NCBI GenBank assembly: GCA_030597375.1
Contig: JAUVRX010000003.1
Location: 1-46,909, forward strand
Direction: 5' to 3'
Source: Acidobacteriota bacterium
GTDB lineage: Bacteria > Acidobacteriota > Thermoanaerobaculia > Multivoradales > JAHEKO01
DNA: 46,909 nt
Shown here piece after piece: positions 28,443 through 37,078 of this stretch. The notes beneath the pieces are model-generated. The model ran no database searches. It was given only the letters and a program-made list of their open reading frames with translations, and was not told the origin of the DNA. The stretch's first letter is position 1. Each line of letters starts with the position of its first letter. Both the position numbers and the translations under genes were made by a program.

Positions 28443-29084
28443 CTATTCGCCCCGAGTCGCGGAGCGAAAACCCTGGAGGATAGTCTCGATCCGATGGTTC
28501 TGCTGGTCTCGCCGAAGTCGCTTTTCCAGAATGATCGCCGTCAGGGCTAGTACGGCGAGTTCCAAGTCATCGTTGATAATAACATACCCGAAAAGCTCAT
28601 AACGTTCGAGTTCCCAAAGAGATAGCGCCAGACGTTCGGCAATCTGGGCGCCGGTGTCCTGGCCGCGTCGATGCAGCCGCTCACGCAACACCTCGTAACT
28701 CGGGGGCAGCACCAGGATTCCATGGGACTCTGGGATCTTCTCGAGAATCTGCTGCGCTCCCTGGACCTCGATGTCCAAGATGACGTCGATTCCCTTCTCG
28801 AGTCTCGGCGGGACCTCTCGCTGCGAAGTCCCGTAGTAGTTGTCGTTGTACTCGGCCCACTCGAGGAACTCACCGTTCGACACCATCTTCTCGAAGGCGC
28901 TCCGATCCACGAAGTAATAATGCTCGCCATCCACCTCTTCGCTTCGCGGCTTGCGAGTGGTGTGGCTGATCGAGTGCCAGAGGGCACCGTTCCTGGCAGC
29001 TTCACCCTTCAGCACTCCATCGATCAGTGTGTCCTTGCCTGTCCCTGACGGCGCGGTCACCAGAAACAGCTCGCCTCTTCGCAT
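28443..29084 (-). CDS. gmk: Guanylate kinase
   Basis: APSGTGK, SHTTRKPR, YYF, YYGT, DIEVQGA. Confidence 0.96.
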   Translation of the reverse strand: MRRGELFLVTAPSGTGKDTLIDGVLKGEAARNGALWHSISHTTRKPRSEEVDGEHYYFVDRSAFEKMVSNGEFLEWAEYNDNYYGTSQREVPPRLEKGIDVILDIEVQGAQQILEKIPESHGILVLPPSYEVLRERLHRRGQDTGAQIAERLALSLWELERYELFGYVIINDDLELAVLALTAIILEKRLRRDQQNHRIETILQGFRSATRGE

Positions 29085-29123
29085 GACGGTTCGTAAGCCC
29101 TTTCCTTCCGTAGCGGCAAACTT

Positions 29124-30008
29124 CTACTCGATGTTTTGTACCTGCTCACGGATCTGCTCGCACACCAACTTACCGTCGATGACCCGCCGTACGGCCTCCG
29201 GGTCGCGGAATTTCGCCGCCAGCGTGGACAGCTCCCGCAAGATCTCCTGAGCGATGAAATCCAGTCGTTTGCCTACCGCTTGCCCGACGACATCCAGCAT
29301 CTCACCGAAATGCTCCAGGTGCGACCGCAGGCGATCCAACTCCTCCCGCACATCACCACGATCCGCCAGAATAGCCACCTCCTGAGCCAACCGGGTCTCG
29401 TCGAGAGCCATATTGCCCTGGAGCACCTGGTCGATTCTGGCACGCACTCTCTCTGGCAGGTCGACGGTCGCGTCCTGCCATTCCGTCTCCACTGATGTAA
29501 CGACCACGCTCAGCTCTTCGCCCAACCTCTTCAGGGCCGCCCTGAGATTCTTGCCCTCGGTCTGTCGAGCCACGACGACCCCCTCCAGGGCTTTCTGAAC
29601 AGTCTGGACCAGAAGATCGACCTCCTGAGTTCCAAACTCCGTCGTGCTCGGCAGAGATCGCACTGCACCGGGCACCTTCAAGAGGTCCGCGAAGCTCACC
29701 TCGGAGGTGATCAACCCCTTGGCCGCCAGGTCGTCGATCATCGAGCGCAGCGCCCTGACGGCGCTTTCCTCCACCTTGAACAGGGGCTCTTCGCGATTCA
29801 GATACAGGACATCGACGCGGATTTCTGCCCTTCCCCTCCTCAGGTTCTCCGCGGCCAGTCTTCGAACTCGACTCTCATGCTCCCGGAGCTCCTCTGGCAC
29901 CTTCAACATGACGTCGAGATGACGGTGGTTCACGGTTCGGATGGCCACTTCCAGCCGCAGCCGCTGGTTCTCCCCAGAGGCCCTACCGAAACCCGTCATG
30001 CTTCGCAC
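29124..30008 (-). CDS. yicC: YicC/YloC-family endoribonuclease
   Basis: SMTGFG, VNHRHLD, EELDRLRSH, GKRLDFIAQE, EQIREQVQNIE. Confidence 0.95.
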   Translation of the reverse strand: MRSMTGFGRASGENQRLRLEVAIRTVNHRHLDVMLKVPEELREHESRVRRLAAENLRRGRAEIRVDVLYLNREEPLFKVEESAVRALRSMIDDLAAKGLITSEVSFADLLKVPGAVRSLPSTTEFGTQEVDLLVQTVQKALEGVVVARQTEGKNLRAALKRLGEELSVVVTSVETEWQDATVDLPERVRARIDQVLQGNMALDETRLAQEVAILADRGDVREELDRLRSHLEHFGEMLDVVGQAVGKRLDFIAQEILRELSTLAAKFRDPEAVRRVIDGKLVCEQIREQVQNIE

Positions 30009-30019
30009 GATCTCGATCC

Positions 30020-31912
30020 TCAGCCCTGAAATTGCAGGTCGTAGAGGCGCCGGTAGAGTCCCCCGATCGCCAGCAGGTGTTCATGGTCGCCCTCCTCTAC
30101 GATCCGCCCACGATCCATGACGATGATTCGATCGGCTGTCATCACCGTCGACAGGCGATGCGCTATGACCAGGGTCGTGCGACCGGCCATCAGGTTCGAG
30201 AGCGCCTTTTGCACCAGCGCCTCCGACTCGGAGTCGAGTTGAGAAGTCGCCTCGTCCAAAATGAGAATCGGGGCGTTCTTCAACAGCGCTCTGGCGATGG
30301 CCAGTCGCTGCCTTTGCCCCCCTGACAGATGCACCCCCGACTCGCCGACACTGGTGTCATATTCGGATGGAGTCTCCATGATGAAGTCGTCCGCGTAGGC
30401 CGCCGCCGCCGCTTCACGGATCTGCTCGAGCGGTAGGTCGCTTCTGCCGTAGGCGATGTTGGCTCGAATCGAGTCATCGAAGAGAACCGTCTCCTGCGTT
30501 ACCAGACCGATCAGGGAGCGCAGGCTCTTCAGGGTCAGCTTTTGAATGTCGTGGCCATCGATCTCGATGATTCCGGAGTTGGGATCGAAGAATCGCGGCA
30601 ACAGGTTGACCAGGGTCGACTTGCCTGCCCCGGAAGGTCCAACCAACGCCACGACCTCACCCTTGCCGAGGCGCAGGCTGACATCCCGAAGGACCGGCTG
30701 CCTTTCGTAGGCGAACGAGACGTTCTCGAAGCTGACGGCCTCGTTCACTGTTGCCAACGTTCCGGCGTCGGGTGCTTCCTGAATCTCGTTCGGGACCTGC
30801 ATGACATCCTTCACACGATGCGCTGCCGCCAGAGACTGCTGCAACATGAGGTTGACCTTGTTCAGCTTTCGGATCGGCTCGTACATCCAGAACAGATTGA
30901 TGAGGAAGGCGACGAAGAGAGGCGCCGAGAGGCTCCCTGCCCTGATCTGGAGTCCTGCGTACATCAGCAGAACGGCCACTCCGATCACCCCCATGGACTC
31001 GACGACCGGACTGGAGAGAGTCGACAGCGTCTGAGCCCAGAGATTGACTCTCAGGTGGCGTTTTGTGGCCTCTCGGAACTTGTCGATCTCGAACTCCTCC
31101 ATGCCGAAGGCCTTGACTACCCTGTGTCCCCGCACCCCCTCTCCGACCAGATTGGCCAGATCCGCCATCCGTTCCTGAATCCGATGGCTGCTGCGGCGCA
31201 TTCCAGAGCCGAATCTGACGATGGGGAACAAGAATATGGGCGTCAGCACCAAGCAGGTCACGGCGAGCTGGAAATGGGTCGACAGGAGCAGCGAGACCAG
31301 GAACAGGAGCGTCAAGGTCTGTTGCACGAGATCCACGATCCGGTAGGACACGGCAGTCTGCATGACACCGACATCATTCACGACCCGGCTGATCAGCTCA
31401 CCCGATGGATGCGCTGCGTGGAAACGGCTCGATTGTGTCAGGATTCTCTCGTAGAGGTCATTGCGAAGATCATTGGTCATCCCGAGGCCGATTCTCTGGA
31501 ATGAGTAGCCGCTGACGAAGTTGGCCAGACTTCGTGACAGGAAGATCCCCACTACCAGCAACGGCAGGAAGTAGACAACGTTGGCTTCGTTGACACCGAA
31601 CCTCTTCTTGAGGCTCTCATAACCGTCATCCAGACGGTCCTTGAGTTGAAATTTGGCGGCCCACCGCTGCACTCGGGAGCTCGCGACACCATCCCCCCCT
31701 TCACCGCCCCCCCCACCTGACGCCAAGGGTTCGGTAGCTGCCAACGCGATGGGAGACTGGTCTCCAGCCAGCAAAACCTCTCCGAAGATGGGCTCGATCA
31801 TGGCGACGATACCCGCCGTCAGGATGCCGTACAGCAGAGCGGCCACCGCCGCGAGCACCGCCCAGCCGACATAGTGGCGAAAATAGCCAAAAAGAAAAGT
31901 TGCGAGTTTCAA
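30020..31912 (-). CDS. msbA: MsbA-like lipid A export ABC transporter (TMD+NBD)
   Basis: Six-TM domain, GPSGAGKS, LSGGQRQR, ILDEAT, IAHR; directly downstream of lpxB. Start taken at TTG 31912 to avoid the long overlap. Confidence 0.88.
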   Translation of the reverse strand: MKLATFLFGYFRHYVGWAVLAAVAALLYGILTAGIVAMIEPIFGEVLLAGDQSPIALAATEPLASGGGGGEGGDGVASSRVQRWAAKFQLKDRLDDGYESLKKRFGVNEANVVYFLPLLVVGIFLSRSLANFVSGYSFQRIGLGMTNDLRNDLYERILTQSSRFHAAHPSGELISRVVNDVGVMQTAVSYRIVDLVQQTLTLLFLVSLLLSTHFQLAVTCLVLTPIFLFPIVRFGSGMRRSSHRIQERMADLANLVGEGVRGHRVVKAFGMEEFEIDKFREATKRHLRVNLWAQTLSTLSSPVVESMGVIGVAVLLMYAGLQIRAGSLSAPLFVAFLINLFWMYEPIRKLNKVNLMLQQSLAAAHRVKDVMQVPNEIQEAPDAGTLATVNEAVSFENVSFAYERQPVLRDVSLRLGKGEVVALVGPSGAGKSTLVNLLPRFFDPNSGIIEIDGHDIQKLTLKSLRSLIGLVTQETVLFDDSIRANIAYGRSDLPLEQIREAAAAAYADDFIMETPSEYDTSVGESGVHLSGGQRQRLAIARALLKNAPILILDEATSQLDSESEALVQKALSNLMAGRTTLVIAHRLSTVMTADRIIVMDRGRIVEEGDHEHLLAIGGLYRRLYDLQFQG

Positions 31913-31934
31913 GCTGTCATTTCCTGCAGTCGGG

Positions 31935-33071
31935 TCACCGATCCATGTCGCCAAGAAAGCCAACCACTTCTGCCGCCGCCCGCCGGCTGGCCCCTGACTC
32001 GCCAAGCCGAACCCATAACTGCTCGAGGGAGGACCTCATCCGTCGAATCCTATCCTGATTGGTCAGAAGACGTACGGCTTCGTCACTGATCCTGGCCGGT
32101 CGCGCGCTGCCCTGGATGAGCTCTTCGACCACTCGCTTCCCCAGCACCAGGTTGACCAGGCTGACGTTGGGCAGGCGAACCAGAAGTCGACCGAGGAGAT
32201 AGGTCCATGGACGAACCCGGTAGACCACGATCATGGGAGTTCCGATCATGCCCACTTCGAGAGTTGCGGTACCGGATGCGCAGAGGGCGAGGTGAGAATC
32301 GGCGAGGGCTGGAAACCGGTCGTTCTCGACGATTTCCACGTCCAAGCCACTGGACTCGATGAATGTCTCCAGATACGCCCGATCGAGGCTACTGGCCTTG
32401 ATCAACTTCAAGCGTACCTCCAGATGTCGACGCAACTCTCGCGCCGCCTCCAGAAGGGTCGGCAGGATGGATTCGACCTCGCTCTTACGGGATCCAGGCA
32501 ACAGGGCAATGTTGAAGGGGCCGGCCGAATCCGGCAAACGGTCCCAGACATGATCCAACCTCGGGACTTCGTCCACCAGGGGATGTCCTACATGCACGGC
32601 GTCGATCCCGTGCTGCCGGTAGAACTCGACCTCGAAAGGCAAGACCACGAGCATCTTGTCTCCCACCTTCGCTATGAGTCGCACCCTTCCCCTGCGCCCG
32701 GCCCAGCCCTGAGGGCTGATGTAGTAGACGACCTTTCTTCCACGTCTCTTCAGCGCCTTGGCCAAGCGCAGATTGAAGTCCGGAGAATCCACCAGCACTG
32801 CGGCTCCCGAATCACGCCTCTCCACTTCCATGAGAAGGGTGCGGAAGATCTCACGCGCCCGCGGCAGTACCTTCAGAGCCTCACTGATACCGACGACCGA
32901 GATCTCCTCACTGTCGGCCACGACCTCCAGCCCCGCAGCCCTCAACTCGGCACCACCCATGCCAAAAGCACGGACCTCTGGCAACAGCCTCTGGATCTCG
33001 CTGAGTAACCGCGCGGAGTGCATGTCACCGGAAGCTTCGCCAGCGACGATCAGGAGGGAGAGGAAATTCAT
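31935..33071 (-). CDS. lpxB: Lipid-A-disaccharide synthase
   Basis: IVAGEASGD, VDSPDFN, YISPQ, LPFE, VGHPL, LLPGSR, SGTATLE, SLVN. Start at ATG 33071. Confidence 0.95.
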   Translation of the reverse strand: MNFLSLLIVAGEASGDMHSARLLSEIQRLLPEVRAFGMGGAELRAAGLEVVADSEEISVVGISEALKVLPRAREIFRTLLMEVERRDSGAAVLVDSPDFNLRLAKALKRRGRKVVYYISPQGWAGRRGRVRLIAKVGDKMLVVLPFEVEFYRQHGIDAVHVGHPLVDEVPRLDHVWDRLPDSAGPFNIALLPGSRKSEVESILPTLLEAARELRRHLEVRLKLIKASSLDRAYLETFIESSGLDVEIVENDRFPALADSHLALCASGTATLEVGMIGTPMIVVYRVRPWTYLLGRLLVRLPNVSLVNLVLGKRVVEELIQGSARPARISDEAVRLLTNQDRIRRMRSSLEQLWVRLGESGASRRAAAEVVGFLGDMDR

Positions 33072-33112
33072 CGGTTGTTCGAACTGGCCCTTGGATGAGA
33101 ACGGGCCACCGA

Positions 33113-33310
33113 TCAGGGGAACGGCGTCGGGGGACCGGATGGGAACGGGTACATGATCCAGGCGACGAGCAGCGCGCCGCCGACCAGGCCGAGGAACATC
33201 TGCAGCAGGAGCTTCACCTGTTCGCGCCGGTTTCGTCGCCACAGGATCGCGAAGAACAGGCTCACGATCACCGAATATAGCGTCATGAGGAAGAAGTGGC
33301 TGATCGGCAT
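33113..33310 (-). CDS. Small hypothetical membrane protein (65 aa, 2 TM)
   Basis: MPISHFFLMTLYSVIVSLFFAILW-basic loop-LLLQMFLGLVGGALLVAWIMYPF; tightly packed in the operon. Confidence 0.75.
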   Translation of the reverse strand: MPISHFFLMTLYSVIVSLFFAILWRRNRREQVKLLLQMFLGLVGGALLVAWIMYPFPSGPPTPFP

Positions 33311-33314
33311 GCCG

Positions 33315-33731
33315 CTAGTCCTTTCGCCCGCGAGCAATATCCCAAACATCCATCACCAGCAGGAGGTTCATCAGTCCCGCGGTGAGGAGAAAAGCCGTGC
33401 CATATTCAAAGCCCACAGAGGTGAGATCGCCCTGATAGCCAAGGAAATATCGAAGAAGGAAGTAGGGCGCTCCCATTCCCATCGATCCCAGGGTCGCCAG
33501 AATCGTCAAGGGCTGATCGGCCAGAATCCGATAGAGGTTTCCACTCAGCAGGTACCCGGTCAGGACGGCGGAGAGCACCAGCAGAAGAAAGATCGCACCC
33601 CTGCCGCGCCTACCCAGGAGGAAGTGTCCAGCACCTGGAACCAGCCAGGCAACCACCAGGGTGCTGAAGAGCTTCGAAAGCACCATCTCACCCGAGGCCG
33701 GAGAGCCGGCTGCCGATTCGCTGTCCGTCAC
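33315..33731 (-). CDS. Hypothetical membrane protein (DUF6677-like)
   Basis: LVVAWLVPGAGHFLLGRRGRG and EYGTAFLLTAGLMNLLLVMD motifs; 3-4 hydrophobic segments. Confidence 0.8.
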   Translation of the reverse strand: MTDSESAAGSPASGEMVLSKLFSTLVVAWLVPGAGHFLLGRRGRGAIFLLLVLSAVLTGYLLSGNLYRILADQPLTILATLGSMGMGAPYFLLRYFLGYQGDLTSVGFEYGTAFLLTAGLMNLLLVMDVWDIARGRKD

Positions 33732-34226
33732 TCAGATCTCCTCTTCTTCGAATAGAGGTAGCAAACGTGCCCGGATCTGTCCCGGCTCCTGCGGGGCCAA
33801 CCTCGTCTCCCCCACAACGCTCATGAAGTTCGTGTCGCCCTTCCAGCGGGGCACGATATGGAAGTGGAAGTGATCGGGGACCCCGGCACCCCCTGCTCGG
33901 CCGAGATTGATTCCCATGTTGAATCCATCCGGAGCATAAGCCCGCTGAAGGACTCTCTGGCATTTCAAAACCAGGGGCCAGAACTCGGCTACTGCTGCTG
34001 CTGCCGATTCTTCGGGGCTGGCCAGGTGACGCAGAGGCGCAACCATCAAATGGCCACTGGTATAGGGATAGCGGTTGAGCATCACCAGGTGGTGGGCCGC
34101 AACCGCCACCACAAGTCGCTCCGGATCGTCTGGCTTCTCGGCGGCAGCACAGAAGAAACAGTCTTTCGGCTCTGAGACAGATTCAGAAATGTACGCGAAC
34201 CTCCACGGAGTTAGCAACGTCTGCAT
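33732..34226 (-). CDS. HIT-family nucleotide hydrolase (Ap4A phosphorylase/FHIT-like)
   Basis: TPWR, CFFC, NRYPYTSGH, HFHFHIVPRW. Confidence 0.93.
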   Translation of the reverse strand: MQTLLTPWRFAYISESVSEPKDCFFCAAAEKPDDPERLVVAVAAHHLVMLNRYPYTSGHLMVAPLRHLASPEESAAAAVAEFWPLVLKCQRVLQRAYAPDGFNMGINLGRAGGAGVPDHFHFHIVPRWKGDTNFMSVVGETRLAPQEPGQIRARLLPLFEEEEI

Positions 34227-34247
34227 GGGTCCTGCCGATCACCTCGC

Positions 34248-34529
34248 TCAGGAGTCGCTGTTCAGCAGTTCCTTCAGCTCTTTGCCTGGCTTGAAATAGG
34301 GGATTCGCTTCGGGGGGACTTCGACGCGGGCACCGGTCTTGGGGTTCCGGCCGATTCGCGATCCCCGTTGACGAATGCGGAAGCTGCCAAATCCCCGCAG
34401 TTCGATCTTCTCACCATCCTTGAGCGATTCGACGATGCTCTCGAAGACCGTGTTGACGATGAGCTCGGCGTGCTTCTTGGTGAGCTGCGTGGTCTCCGCG
34501 ACCTGCTCCACCAACTCCGCTTTCGTCAT
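34248..34529 (-). CDS. ihfB: Integration host factor beta / HU DNA-binding protein
   Basis: MTKAELV, IELRGFGSF, GRNPKTG, FKPGKELK; follows rpsA. Confidence 0.9.
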   Translation of the reverse strand: MTKAELVEQVAETTQLTKKHAELIVNTVFESIVESLKDGEKIELRGFGSFRIRQRGSRIGRNPKTGARVEVPPKRIPYFKPGKELKELLNSDS

Positions 34530-34630
34530 TCCACCCGCCACTTGCACGTCTCGCTCTTGTCTAGCTCTCGACTGGTGGGTCGGCCTTGTCTGGGCTCCTG
34601 CACGACGGCCAGCCCACCCTGATTCAGAGC

Positions 34631-36937
34631 TTAGTCTACAACCTCCTTGACCTTGTCCTCGGCGGATTCTTCGCCAGAAGCGCTTTCACTCTCCTTTGCC
34701 TCCGAATCCTCCTCTGACGTAACTGCCTCTACCTTCTCCGGGGAGGTATCGGCCACCTCAACGCTGTCCTCGTCGGCGGCAACCTCCTGATCGGTCTTCT
34801 CGCCTTCCTTTGCGGGCTCGATCTCGACGGCCGTTTCAGCCTCGGGCTCCTCTATTGATTCGCCCGCCACCTCATCCTCGGCTGTCTCGGCAGCATCGGC
34901 TACGTCTGCCGTCGACGCCGCTTCCCCCTCAGCCGGCGGCGCCTCCTCAGCAGCCTCGACGCTGTCCTCGTCGGCGGCAACCTCCTGATCGGTCTTCTCG
35001 CCTTCCTTTGCGGACTCGATCTCGACGGCCGTTTCAGCCTCGGGCTCCTCTATTGATTCGCCCGCCACCTCATCCTCGGCTGTCTCGGCAGCATCGGCTA
35101 CGTCTGCCGTCGACTCCGCTTCCCCCTCAGCCGGCGGCGCCTCCTCAACGGCCTCCGCCTCGGCCTCTACCTCGACTTCTTCCTCCGAAGTCTCTTCGAC
35201 ATCCTCGGCCTCAGCATCGCCAGGCTTCTCCTGGGCTGCGGGTTCCTCGGATTCGGCCTCGGCATCAGCCCTCTCCAGTTCGGAAATTTCTTCGGCTGTA
35301 GGCTGGGGAACACCGCGCATCGTCAGCCCGACCTTCTTGTCGTCCTCCTCGATGCGCAAGATCCTGGCGCTGACCCATTCACCGACCGAATACTGATCTT
35401 CGAGCGAGCTCGCGCCGCTCTCGATCTCACTCACATGAGCCAAGCCTTCCAGGCCATCATAGATATCTACGAATAATCCGAAGTCGGTCACATTGACCAC
35501 TCTGCCCGTAACGGTGTCACCGACTGTGTTCTCCTCCACGAAACTGTCCCATTCGTTCGGCAGGAATTCCTTGATGGACAGAGACACCCTTTGATTCTCG
35601 ACATCGATGTTCGTAATCCGCGCCCGAACATCGTCGCCCTTGGTCAACACGTCGCCGGGATGTTTGATCCGTTTCGTCCAGCTCATGTCCGAAACGTGGA
35701 TCAGGCCGTCGATTTCATCCGTGATCTGTACGAAAGCTCCGAACTCTGTCAGGTTCCGTACTTTGCCTTCGATGACGCTGCCCGTCGGCTGGGAGATCGC
35801 CAGCTCTTCCCACGGATTTCTCTCGGCTTGCCGCAACGACAAGCTGATCCGCCGCTGCGCCAGATCCAGCTCGGAGACGATGGCCTCGATCTCGTCTCCC
35901 GCTTCCAGGATCTTGGATGGGTTCACCACTTTCTTGGTCCACGACATCTCGCTGACATGGATCAGGCCCTCGACTCCCTCCTCGAGCTCGACGAAGGCAC
36001 CATAGTCCACAAGGCTGACTACCTTGCCTCGAACTTTGGAGCCAAGCGGATATTTCTTGTCCACCAGCGACCAGGGATCCTCGGATCTCTGTTTGTAGCC
36101 CAAGGAGACCCTCTCCGTTTCAGGGTCGAACTTCAGCACCACGACCTCGGCATCGTCGCCAATCGCAAAGTGCTCCGAAGGGTGGTTGACCCGGCCCCAG
36201 GAAATATCAGTAATGTGCAGGAGGCCATCGATGCCACCCAGGTCGACGAACACTCCGTAGTCGGTGATGTTCTTGACCACACCGTCGAGAATCACGCCCT
36301 CTTCGAGCTTGGTCAGGGTCTCGGCCTTCTTGGCGGCAAATTCCTTTTCGAGCACGGCCTTGCGAGAAAGCACCACATTGTTGCGTCGGCGGTCCATGCT
36401 GATGACCTTGAACTCCAGCTCCTCACCTCGGAGCGACTCCAGGTTCTTGACCGGTTTGATGTCGACCAGGGATCCTGGCAGAAAGGCTCGGATGCCAACA
36501 TCGATCGCCAGACCGCCTTTGATACGGTCGATCACCCGGCCACGGATGATGTCTCCCGCTTTGTAGCTCTTCTCGATATCCGCCCAGACCTTCATCCTTT
36601 CGGCCTTCTGCTTGGAGAGCAGCACATGTCCTTCCGCATCCTCTGTGCGCTCGAGAAGCACTTCGACCTCATCGCCGACCTCGACCGACACCTTGCCTTC
36701 GAAGTCGACGAATTCTGCGATGGGAACCAAGCCCTCTGATTTGTAGCCCACATCGACCACCACATGGTTCTGGGTGAGCGCAATGACCCGCCCTGTGACG
36801 ATCTGTCCCTCGCTGAGATGGCGCATGCTCTCATCGTAGAGAGATACCATCTCCTCGAATCCAAATTCCTCCTTCTCCTCGATCGTGTCGGACGTACTGT
36901 CAGTCTCCTGACGGTCGTTCTCGTCCATGGACTCCAT
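34631..36937 (-). CDS. rpsA: 30S ribosomal protein S1 with long acidic C-terminal extension
   Basis: Six S1 repeats (DVGYKSEG, AFLPGS, DGLLHITD, EGLIHVSE, DGLIHVSD, EGLAHVSE). Start ATG 36937 lies 10 nt after AAGGAGG. Confidence 0.97.
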   Translation of the reverse strand: MESMDENDRQETDSTSDTIEEKEEFGFEEMVSLYDESMRHLSEGQIVTGRVIALTQNHVVVDVGYKSEGLVPIAEFVDFEGKVSVEVGDEVEVLLERTEDAEGHVLLSKQKAERMKVWADIEKSYKAGDIIRGRVIDRIKGGLAIDVGIRAFLPGSLVDIKPVKNLESLRGEELEFKVISMDRRRNNVVLSRKAVLEKEFAAKKAETLTKLEEGVILDGVVKNITDYGVFVDLGGIDGLLHITDISWGRVNHPSEHFAIGDDAEVVVLKFDPETERVSLGYKQRSEDPWSLVDKKYPLGSKVRGKVVSLVDYGAFVELEEGVEGLIHVSEMSWTKKVVNPSKILEAGDEIEAIVSELDLAQRRISLSLRQAERNPWEELAISQPTGSVIEGKVRNLTEFGAFVQITDEIDGLIHVSDMSWTKRIKHPGDVLTKGDDVRARITNIDVENQRVSLSIKEFLPNEWDSFVEENTVGDTVTGRVVNVTDFGLFVDIYDGLEGLAHVSEIESGASSLEDQYSVGEWVSARILRIEEDDKKVGLTMRGVPQPTAEEISELERADAEAESEEPAAQEKPGDAEAEDVEETSEEEVEVEAEAEAVEEAPPAEGEAESTADVADAAETAEDEVAGESIEEPEAETAVEIESAKEGEKTDQEVAADEDSVEAAEEAPPAEGEAASTADVADAAETAEDEVAGESIEEPEAETAVEIEPAKEGEKTDQEVAADEDSVEVADTSPEKVEAVTSEEDSEAKESESASGEESAEDKVKEVVD
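34761..35147 (-). repeat. Tandem duplication, period 198 bp (66 codons), inside the rpsA tail
   Basis: 34761-34949 and 34959-35147 match over 189 nt with two substitutions by eye. Confidence 0.95.
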
Positions 36938-36965
36938 AAGACACATTCCTCCTTGACAATGGGAT

Positions 36966-37032
36966 CAGGCCGAGGGCCTGTCTTTCCCTATGACGGGAAA
37001 TTCGAGCTCCGTTAAGTCGTTTAGAACTCGAA
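36966..37032 (-). promoter_or_regulatory. Structured rpsA 5' leader (three tandem hairpins)
   Basis: Inverted repeats at 37001-37032, 36983-37000 and 36966-36980, between promoter and SD. Confidence 0.6.
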
Positions 37033-37039
37033 GTTTCAG

Positions 37040-37068
37040 AGTATAGGGAGGTCCCTTTGGGCTGTCAA
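37040..37068 (-). promoter_or_regulatory. Near-consensus sigma70 promoter of rpsA
   Basis: Minus strand TTGACA-17 nt-TATACT. Confidence 0.85.
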
Positions 37069-37078
37069 CCCAGAGACT

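Noticed and set aside
34761-35147. CRISPR array or IS-related repeat
   Set aside because: Two long in-frame coding copies without spacers; no cas or transposase genes.
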